A stretch of DNA of 31,163 nt. It comes from Bacteroidota bacterium. Its GTDB lineage: Bacteria; Bacteroidota; Bacteroidia; AKYH767-A; 2013-40CM-41-45. The notes below the pieces were generated by a model. The model ran no database searches and had not been told where the DNA came from. It saw only the letters and a list, made by a program, of their open reading frames with translations. The stretch spans positions 1 to 31,163 of the forward strand of contig JBJTRB010000291.1 of NCBI GenBank assembly GCA_046075925.1, given 5' to 3'. Positions 17,201-24,597 of the stretch are shown piece by piece; the stretch's first letter is position 1, and every line of letters starts with the position of its first letter. The translations under genes were made by a program, and so were the position numbers.

Positions 17201-17978
17201 CGTTGTAAACAGGAAGAAGGGAGTTGGTGATACTCGAAGGCAAGGCGGTGCGAGCAGATACAGCAGACGAAGCTGTTGTAGGATTGATGTCTCCTCCGAA
17301 GTCGCAACTGACATTCCAATCGTTCTTTTCAATGAACTCACCGGTGTGGGCATCGAGTCGGATATTCCACCAATGTTTTACTCCTTTGGGCGCGACACTC
17401 ACGTTCCATACCAACGACACCTTGTCTTCGATTGGCAGGTAATACAGTGTGACGATTATTTTATCATTCGATATCGTTCCACCTGCGAAGACGGTGCGGT
17501 TCAGTTCCGGAATCCGCAATTCCATCTCGGGCAGTGCAACCGTGGGGAGCTGAAGATATTCAAGCGACTTTCGAACAGCATCTGCCGGTGCAAGTGTCGG
17601 AACAGCGGAGTTAGCCTTGCCTGCCAAATCAGTCACGAAGCGTGGAGCCAACGATAAGACGCGATCCTCCCGGATGGAGGCGGCACTCACTGCGTTGAAG
17701 ACACGGACACCTTCATGCTGCTGCTGGAGGTAAACATAGGTGACACCTGTTTTTTCAGCAGCGTAAATATCGCTGACCGACCAGTCGGTCACCTCCTGAG
17801 AAGAAAGTCCGAGCTGGATGCGCTCTTGCTCCAAACGCTTCACCAACAAAGGACGTACGCGAGCCGCCATTGTTTGCTGTTCGGGAGTCAATCGACCGAA
17901 AAGCAGCGTGGAGCCAGAAGCCATTTGCTGACAGGCGATAAAAGACGAAAGAAGGATGAAGAGGTTGCGGATTTTCAT
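14214..17978 (-). CDS. T9SS-secreted M36 (fungalysin) zinc metallopeptidase with FTP propeptide, PA insert, two PKD domains and Ig-like domains
   Basis: FTP propeptide ([20 protein letters not shown]), [21 protein letters not shown], HEYGH (16221-16235), [14 protein letters not shown], PA domain ([13 protein letters not shown].SK...A...GA.AVIVIN), WDFGDG twice. Start set at MKIRN (17978); the TTG at 18098 lies beside the atp terminator. Confidence 0.92.
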   Translation of the reverse strand: [1254 protein letters not shown]

Positions 17979-18098
17979 ATCAGGTATAATTGGTTGAGAA
18001 GGATTAAAAATAGTGGAATGATCCGTACTGAAACAACCTTTCCAGCGCCATGCGAACGTCTTTTCGATGAATCTCATGTTGACGCGATGTTTAAACAA

Positions 18099-18127
18099 TA
18101 AAAAAGGGGTGTCTGTTAAACACCCCT
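18099..18127 (-). terminator. Intrinsic terminator of the atp operon
   Basis: AGGGGTGT (18105-18112) / ACACCCCT (18120-18127) stem, then a T-run on the minus strand. Confidence 0.8.
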
Positions 18128-18154
18128 GAATATTTAAGACAGTTCTGTGACAGA

Positions 18155-19030
18155 TCAGCCGTTGAGCGCTTCGGCTCCTGCGACGATTTCCAGGATCTCA
18201 CCGGTGATTGCAGCCTGGCGGGCTTTGTTGTAAGAGAGGCGCAAATTACGCAAGAGCTCTCCAGCGTTGTCCGTGGCCTTGTTCATGGAGGTCATACGAG
18301 CTCCATGCTCGGATGCTACCGAATCAAGGATGCCTTTGTAAAGTTGGATGCGGATGGCTTTCGGAATCAGCTCCAACACCAGTTCCTCCTTGGCAGGTTC
18401 GAAGATGTAGTCATTGACGACTGTCTTGCCGCTTGCAGGCGGAACGATAGGGAGCATTTGCTCGACTTGCACGTGCTGCACCGCTGCATTCTTGAATTGA
18501 TTGTAAACAAGCACCACTTTATCGAACGCTCCGCTGCGGAACTGCTCCATGATGCTTGTCGCGATGGAGGAAGCCGCAGGGAAAGAAAGCTGATTGTAGA
18601 CGTCGTTGTGCTGACCCTGGTAAACAGCTGGTTGCTTGGAAAAGAAATCGGATGCTTTCTTGCCGATGCAGAGCACCTTCACTCCGCCGGCTTTATGCTG
18701 AGCAGCATAGTCTTCGCGCATCAACCTGTTGACCGTACGGATGATGTTGGCATTGAAGGCGCCGCACAAGCCACGATTGGAATTGACAGCTACAATCAGC
18801 ACATTGTTGACCGGGCGAACTTTCGCATAATCTCCGCCGGTACTGCTGTCGAGGGTGCCGGAAATGTTCTCCATGATCTCCCGCAACTTGGCCGCATAGG
18901 GGCGCATCATGAGAATGGCGTCCTGTGCCCTGCGCAACTTCGCAGCACTGACCATCTTCATGGCCTTGGTGATCTGCTGTGTCGAGATCACCGAGGAGAT
19001 CCGATTTCGTACTTCCTTCAGGTTAGGCAT
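18155..19030 (-). CDS. atpG: F1 ATP synthase subunit gamma
   Basis: MPNLKEVRNRISSV..TQQITKAMKMVSAAKL, NRGLCGAFN, SEHGARM..M.KATDNA, YNKARQAAITGEILEI. Confidence 0.98.
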   Translation of the reverse strand: MPNLKEVRNRISSVISTQQITKAMKMVSAAKLRRAQDAILMMRPYAAKLREIMENISGTLDSSTGGDYAKVRPVNNVLIVAVNSNRGLCGAFNANIIRTVNRLMREDYAAQHKAGGVKVLCIGKKASDFFSKQPAVYQGQHNDVYNQLSFPAASSIATSIMEQFRSGAFDKVVLVYNQFKNAAVQHVQVEQMLPIVPPASGKTVVNDYIFEPAKEELVLELIPKAIRIQLYKGILDSVASEHGARMTSMNKATDNAGELLRNLRLSYNKARQAAITGEILEIVAGAEALNG

Positions 19031-19106
19031 TGGTGTTCTTTTATGATGATGGAACAGCAGGATCTTTCGACAACCACCGCTCCACGGTACGCTTATTTAT
19101 TTTGAA

Positions 19107-20696
19107 TCAATTCTTACCTGCCTTGTATTTTCCGGTCAACTCCTTCGCCACTTTCTCCAATACGGAGGTCACGCTGTCATCGATGACTCCTTTGCGGAGC
19201 GTATCCAACACGTTCTTGTGCTGGGCGTCGAGCATGGAGAGGAATTCACTTTCGAACTCCCTCACCTTGTTCACCGGCACGTCGCGCAACAGGTTGCGGG
19301 TGCCGAGGTAGATGATGGCGATCTGCTTCTCGACCGTGAGTGGCGAGTACTGACCTTGCTTCAGGATCTCCACGTTGCGGGAACCTTTGTCGAGCGTCGA
19401 TTTGGTAGCAGCATCGAGGTCGGAACCGAACTTGGCGAAGGCCTCGAGCTCGCGGTACTGAGCCTGGTCGAGCTTCAACGTGCCGGCCACTTTCTTCATC
19501 GACTTGATCTGTGCGTTACCACCGACACGGGATACCGAGATACCGACGTTGATAGCGGGGCGTACACCTGCGTTGAAGAGATTGGCCTCGAGGAAGATCT
19601 GTCCGTCGGTGATGGAGATCACGTTCGTCGGGATGTATGCGGATACGTCACCTGCCTGGGTCTCGATTATGGGGAGTGCCGTCAACGATCCTCCGCCCTT
19701 CACTTTACCCTTCAACGATTCAGGAAGGTCGTTCATCTGGGCAGCGATCGAATCGGAGTTGATGACCTTTGCAGCACGCTCCAGCAAACGGGAGTGCAGA
19801 TAGAAAACGTCTCCAGGATACGCTTCACGGCCGGGAGGACGACGGAGCAACAGGGATACCTCGCGGTAGGCGACAGCCTGCTTAGAAAGATCATCGTATA
19901 CGATCAGTGCAGGACGACCGGTATCGCGGAAGAATTCGCCGATAGCTGCACCAGCCATCGGAGCGAAGAACTGCATAGGTGCAGGATCGGATGCGGTAGC
20001 GGAAACGATCACCGTGTAAGGCATTGCACCCGCATCGGTCAACGTCTTCACGATCTGGGCGACCGTGGAGCCTTTCTGACCGACAGCGACGTAGATGCAA
20101 TAAACGGTTTCGCCGCGCTCGTAAAATTCTTTCTGGTTGATGATGGTATCGATGGCGACAGCCGTCTTACCGGTCTGACGGTCACCGATGATCAATTCGC
20201 GCTGACCACGACCGATAGGAATCATGGCGTCAACGGCTTTGAGTCCTGTTTGGAGCGGCTCGTTCACCGGCTGGCGATAGATCACCCCCGGCGCCTTGCG
20301 TTCGAGCGGCATCTCGCACAGCTCTCCGGAGATGGGTCCTTTACCATCAATCGGATTACCCATCGTGTCGACGACACGACCGAGCATCCCCTCGCCTACT
20401 TTCAAGGAAGCGATCTTACCGGTACGCTTGACGACGTCACCTTCTTTGATGTCGGTCGATTTGCCGAGCAATACGGCACCTACGTTGTCTTCTTCCAGGT
20501 TAAGGACGACACCACGCAGTCCGTTCTCGAATTCGATGAGTTCGCCTGACTGGACACGGTTGAGACCGTAGATGCGTGCAATACCGTCGCCCACCTGGAG
20601 CACGGTACCTACTTCTTCAAGTTCTTTCTCGGTCTTGAATCCGGCCAATTGTTGACGGAGTATCGCGGATACTTCGTCGGGTCTTACTTCTGCCAT
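19107..20696 (-). CDS. atpA: F1 ATP synthase subunit alpha
   Basis: [11 protein letters not shown], Walker [50 protein letters not shown]. Confidence 0.99.
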   Translation of the reverse strand: MAEVRPDEVSAILRQQLAGFKTEKELEEVGTVLQVGDGIARIYGLNRVQSGELIEFENGLRGVVLNLEEDNVGAVLLGKSTDIKEGDVVKRTGKIASLKVGEGMLGRVVDTMGNPIDGKGPISGELCEMPLERKAPGVIYRQPVNEPLQTGLKAVDAMIPIGRGQRELIIGDRQTGKTAVAIDTIINQKEFYERGETVYCIYVAVGQKGSTVAQIVKTLTDAGAMPYTVIVSATASDPAPMQFFAPMAGAAIGEFFRDTGRPALIVYDDLSKQAVAYREVSLLLRRPPGREAYPGDVFYLHSRLLERAAKVINSDSIAAQMNDLPESLKGKVKGGGSLTALPIIETQAGDVSAYIPTNVISITDGQIFLEANLFNAGVRPAINVGISVSRVGGNAQIKSMKKVAGTLKLDQAQYRELEAFAKFGSDLDAATKSTLDKGSRNVEILKQGQYSPLTVEKQIAIIYLGTRNLLRDVPVNKVREFESEFLSMLDAQHKNVLDTLRKGVIDDSVTSVLEKVAKELTGKYKAGKN

Positions 20697-20760
20697 GAGC
20701 TTATGTTGTTTTCGTTATGATTGTTCTTGAAATGGAATGTCGGTTCGGATGCTTTTCCCG

Positions 20761-21321
20761 TCAGTTTTTTCGGATGAACGGGTTGGAGCTGAATTCGCGG
20801 GCCAACTTGCGCAGTTCGGATGCGACACTGGCGTCGTACAGTTTGTCGCCTACGCGGAGAACGAAACCGCCGATGAGGTCCTTGTCCACCTTCTCCACCA
20901 ACTCCACTTCCGATTTCATGCTTTCGCGTACGGTGCGATAAACCTCTTTGCGGAGGTTGTCGTCGAGTCCGGCTGCCGTGGTGACCACCGCGGTTTCAAT
21001 GCCTTTCGACTTCTTGTATTGGGATACGAACTCCTTGGCGATACCTACGAGATGCGACTCACGACCTTTACGGGTGATGATGTCGAAGAACGCCAGAGAC
21101 AATTCGCTCACGCGTCCGTTGCCGAATACGGCTTTGAGTACGGACAATTTCTTATCGGCGCTGATGATGGGGTTACCAAGCAACAAGGCGAGGTCGCGGT
21201 TCGCTTCGCAGACAGAAACAAGCAGTGTCATGTCGTCATTCACTGCATCGAGCACTCCCTTTTCGCGGGAAAGGTCGATCAGCGACTTGGCATAACGTTT
21301 TGCGACTTTAGTCTCTAACAT
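20761..21321 (-). CDS. atpH: F1 ATP synthase subunit delta
   Basis: VAKRYAKSL, VDKDLIGGFVLRVGDKLYDASV, and position between atpF and atpA. Confidence 0.95.
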   Translation of the reverse strand: MLETKVAKRYAKSLIDLSREKGVLDAVNDDMTLLVSVCEANRDLALLLGNPIISADKKLSVLKAVFGNGRVSELSLAFFDIITRKGRESHLVGIAKEFVSQYKKSKGIETAVVTTAAGLDDNLRKEVYRTVRESMKSEVELVEKVDKDLIGGFVLRVGDKLYDASVASELRKLAREFSSNPFIRKN

Positions 21322-21346
21322 GTGGTTATTGTTATCGTGTGAGCGA

Positions 21347-21841
21347 TCAGTTCATGTTGGCATCCTTGAGCAGATTCTGCACTAGGGCTTTTTGCTTTTC
21401 ATCGCTGCTCAGCTCGGCACGCAGGATCTTTTCCGCGATGGTGATGGACATTCCAGCCACCTGGTTCTTGAGTTCGGTGATTGCAGCGTTCTTCTCCGTC
21501 TGGATCGTTTCACGGGTCTGGGCCAAGATCTTGTTGGCTTCGGCTTGCGCCTTGCCTTTCGCTTCGGCGATGATGGCGTCTTTGGTGTCGCGAGCTTCCT
21601 TGAGCATCTTATCACGCTCTAGTCGTGCTTCGTTCAACAGACGCTCGTTGTCGGCCTTGAGGGCCGCCATCTCTTCACGCGCTTTCTTGGCCGTATTGAG
21701 CGCCTCGGCGATGTTCTGCTCACGCTCGTGGAGCATGTTCAGGATGGGTTTCCACGCGAACTTTTTCAGGATGAAAAGCAAGGTCAGGAAGGAGACCGTC
21801 ATCCAGAAGACCAATCCGATCGAGGGGGTAATCAATTCCAT
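21347..21841 (-). CDS. atpF: Fo ATP synthase subunit b
   Basis: N-terminal TM (GLVFWMTVSFLTLLFILKKFAWKPI), long coiled coil, SI.IAEKIL. Confidence 0.95.
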   Translation of the reverse strand: MELITPSIGLVFWMTVSFLTLLFILKKFAWKPILNMLHEREQNIAEALNTAKKAREEMAALKADNERLLNEARLERDKMLKEARDTKDAIIAEAKGKAQAEANKILAQTRETIQTEKNAAITELKNQVAGMSITIAEKILRAELSSDEKQKALVQNLLKDANMN

Positions 21842-21886
21842 TGTGAAGGAGTTTTTTCGTTTGTTCTTTTCAATTGGAAGTACTTG

Positions 21887-21917
21887 TTATCGGCGCGACC
21901 AACCGTCGCGCCGATAA
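21887..21917 (-). other. 13-bp perfect stem-loop between atpE and atpF without a U-tract
   Basis: TTATCGGCGCGAC (21887-21899), 5-nt loop, GTCGCGCCGATAA (21905-21917). The minus-strand downstream sequence is CAAGTAC. Confidence 0.8.
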
Positions 21918-21929
21918 AAGTTTGCAGCA

Positions 21930-22202
<273 letters not shown>

Positions 22203-22219
22203 TTAAACGAAATTACAGA

Positions 22220-23326
22220 TCAATGATGGTCGTGGTCGCCATGATGTTCCTCCACCGCAGAGCCGAAGTAGATGGCTGAAAGCAATGTGAAAACGAATGC
22301 CTGAAGGAAAGCGACCAGCAATTCCAACAGACTCATGAACACTACGAATGCGACGGAGAAAACCGATACGCCGAGTCCGGCGCCAGTGCTCATCTGTCCG
22401 AAAATGAAAATCAGACTGAAGAACGACAAGGCGATGATGTGGCCCGCTGTGATGTTAGCGAACAGTCGGATCATCAATACGAGCGGACGAAGGAATACTC
22501 CCAGGATTTCAATGGGTGTGAGCAGCACCAATACGCCGACCGGAACACCGGGCATGGCGAAGATGTGCTGCCAATAATTGCGGTTGGCGCTCACGGTGGT
22601 GATGATGAACGTCATCAGTGCCAGCGTCATGGTGACCGCGATGTTGCCGGTCACGTTGGCTCCGCCCGGAATGATCGGAACAAGACCAAGCAGGTTGTTG
22701 ATCCAGATGAAAAAGAAGACCGTCAACAAGAACGGCATGTATTTCATGTATTTCGGTCCGATACTCGGCTTGGCGATCTCATCGCGCACGAAAACGATCA
22801 GCGGCTCCACCAAAGATTGCATGCCTTTTGGGGCCTGACCCGGATTGCGGCGATACGCTGCAGCAACCGAAAGGAAAATCCAAAGCAGCAATGCGATACT
22901 GAACAACATCGCCACCACGTTCTTGGTCATGGAGATGTCGATAGTGGCAGCTGTCAATTCCTCGTTCACCGTGGTAGCAGCCGCCTCGACTTCTGCGGTT
23001 TCGTTCACCGCGACGATTTTCCCCTCTTCCAATTTGTATCCGCCGTAGGCCATTTCACCGTGATGGAAACGGCTGGACATGAACATGGACACACCGCGCT
23101 CCTTGTTGTAAACGATAACTGGCAATGGCAACGAAACAGCGTGATGTCCCTCGCCCCACAAATGCCAATCGTGCGCATCGGTGATGTGCTCCACGATCAT
23201 TTTGCCGGCATCAAAGGTTTGTGCAGACTCTTCGTTGGCGTAAACGAAACCGTTGCCCAAAAACAGAAAAGCGAGGGCAGCGCAAATTAAGGTCTTAACT
23301 GATTTATAATGAGAACTTTGTGTCAT
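22220..23326 (-). CDS. atpB: Fo ATP synthase subunit a with long N-terminal extension
   Basis: FFFIWINNLLGLVP, NVTGNIAVT..LAL, essential Arg in LMIRLFANITAGH, AFLQAFVFTLLSAIY. Confidence 0.96.
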   Translation of the reverse strand: MTQSSHYKSVKTLICAALAFLFLGNGFVYANEESAQTFDAGKMIVEHITDAHDWHLWGEGHHAVSLPLPVIVYNKERGVSMFMSSRFHHGEMAYGGYKLEEGKIVAVNETAEVEAAATTVNEELTAATIDISMTKNVVAMLFSIALLLWIFLSVAAAYRRNPGQAPKGMQSLVEPLIVFVRDEIAKPSIGPKYMKYMPFLLTVFFFIWINNLLGLVPIIPGGANVTGNIAVTMTLALMTFIITTVSANRNYWQHIFAMPGVPVGVLVLLTPIEILGVFLRPLVLMIRLFANITAGHIIALSFFSLIFIFGQMSTGAGLGVSVFSVAFVVFMSLLELLVAFLQAFVFTLLSAIYFGSAVEEHHGDHDHH

Positions 23327-23357
23327 CGTAGGAGGATGCCGTTTTCAAAAGCGAGCG

Positions 23358-23389
23358 CAAAGATACCTAATGACATCTAATGACCCAAA
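23358..23389 (-). promoter_or_regulatory. Full Bacteroidota sigmaA promoter TTTG-N20-TATCTTTG for atpBEFHAG
   Basis: -33 TTTG at 23386-23389 and -7 TATCTTTG at 23358-23365. Confidence 0.75.
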
Positions 23390-23473
23390 GGCCGGATGGA
23401 ACGAACTTTTCAGCTTGGGCCGTTGATTCAGAAAATTGTCCTGAAACCCTGTATTTCAGTTGATTAGAATGAA

Positions 23474-23863
23474 TCAGGAGGCCGTTCCACCCCGCTGCTG
23501 TCGGAATGCGGTTATCACCTCGAAAATCAGAAAAGCGAGGTAATAGGAAAGGAACGTGATGGCAAACGGGAAAAGTTTTTCCCGATGCAGGAATGCAAAC
23601 CCGACCAGCACGCCCAGGTGGATGAACAATTTGATGCTGGTAGCTCCCATGTAGTAACGTACGAAAACAGCAGGTCGTCCTGCTGAAGCACGTACGAGTC
23701 CGAAGTGAAATACCAGCGAGAGAAAATAAAAGTAGAGCGTGAGTACTCCGATATGGTGGACGGAAAAAAGCGCAGGCGCCATGGATGCCGCCCAGTAGAG
23801 AAGAAGCGTAAGCAGTAATGTGAACGCCGTAAGTTGTACCAGGTATTTCACCATACTATTCAA
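23474..23863 (-). CDS. Four-TM membrane protein, probable AtpI-like ATP synthase accessory
   Basis: Four hydrophobic segments with FVRYYMGATSIKLF, directly upstream of atpB. The start is either TTG 23863 (overlapping the upstream stop) or ATG 23854. Function inferred from position. Confidence 0.65.
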   Translation of the reverse strand: MNSMVKYLVQLTAFTLLLTLLLYWAASMAPALFSVHHIGVLTLYFYFLSLVFHFGLVRASAGRPAVFVRYYMGATSIKLFIHLGVLVGFAFLHREKLFPFAITFLSYYLAFLIFEVITAFRQQRGGTAS

Positions 23864-24102
23864 CGCTGTTTCTTGTTATCGCTGCGCAGCAGGTCTTTCA
23901 ACGTGAGATAGAAGGCTGCAGCAATGCCTATCAGGCTCAATGAAAGGGTGAATACCGGAATATTCATTCCCAGATAACGGTCCAGATAATAGCCTCCGAA
24001 AGTGAATACCGCCATGATGACGAACAACTGCGTCCCCATGGAAGCGTACTTCATCAGGGATCGATCAGACGGCCGACCGTTCTTTGGGGACGTTGTTGTC
24101 AA
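23860..24102 (-). CDS. AtpZ/AtpI family (ATPase gene 1-type) two-TM protein
   Basis: KYASMGTQL...GGYYLDRYL...FTLSLSLIG...FY pattern with two TM helices, upstream of the atp operon. Confidence 0.82.
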   Translation of the reverse strand: MTTTSPKNGRPSDRSLMKYASMGTQLFVIMAVFTFGGYYLDRYLGMNIPVFTLSLSLIGIAAAFYLTLKDLLRSDNKKQR

Positions 24103-24496
24103 CCTGTTTGATGTCTTTGATCACTGGACCCATGTTGCATGAGCCGGTGAATGTGGCTCCCACTTCCACAACCAGTTTGCCGGTAACGATATCGCCGATT
24201 ACGCGGGCGGAAGATTTCAAAAAAGTAAGTTCCGATACCTCTAATTTGCCTTTCACCGTACCGGAGATATCGGCATTCTGGCTGTGAATGTCGCCTTCGA
24301 TGACTCCGGTCGAACCTACCACCACCTTCGCCTTGGAATGGACATGACCGAACACTGTACCATCGATGCGGATGTCGCCGACAGCACGCACATCGCCTTC
24401 GATGACGGTTCCCGCCCCGATCAGGTTGATAGAGGTGGAAGCGGCTGCATCCTGCGAGCGGCCTTCAACTGGAGAATTTTTACCGGGCTTGAACAT
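24065..24496 (-). CDS. Bactofilin (polymer-forming cytoskeletal protein)
   Basis: NLIGAGTVIEGDV...GDIRIDGTVFG.V.SKAKVVVGSTGVIEGDI....ADISGTVKG...LKSSARVIGDIVTGKLVVEVGATFTG.C.M beta-helix. Start set at MFKPG (24496). Confidence 0.93.
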   Translation of the reverse strand: MFKPGKNSPVEGRSQDAAASTSINLIGAGTVIEGDVRAVGDIRIDGTVFGHVHSKAKVVVGSTGVIEGDIHSQNADISGTVKGKLEVSELTFLKSSARVIGDIVTGKLVVEVGATFTGSCNMGPVIKDIKQVDNNVPKERSAV

Positions 24497-24548
24497 GGTG
24501 TTTGTGTTTAACGGTCTCATCCCCAAAGTCTTCGGGATGAGTCACGGG

Positions 24549-24556
24549 CAAATATA
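24549..24556 (-). promoter_or_regulatory. -7 element (TATATTTG) upstream of bactofilin
   Basis: Exact TAnnTTTG match. TTTC (not TTTG) sits at 19-nt spacing. Confidence 0.55.
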
Positions 24557-24597
24557 GGACTATTCCGCAAGGCGTGAAATCGCCGATTGGAGTCAGA

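Noticed and set aside
17979-18098. 40-aa N-terminal extension of the M36 ORF, and similar extensions on DUF421, marC, bactofilin and M23
   Set aside because: They start at TTG or upstream ATGs that overlap promoters, terminators or neighbouring genes. The downstream ATGs give proper signal peptides or domain starts.
19218-20549. 443-aa antisense ORF over atpA (likewise 6504..7667, 12376..13323, 18305..19105, 22439..23290, 28321..29493, 30493..31065)
   Set aside because: They mirror well-supported genes on the opposite strand, have no recognisable motifs, and are expected from codon bias leaving the antisense frame stop-poor.
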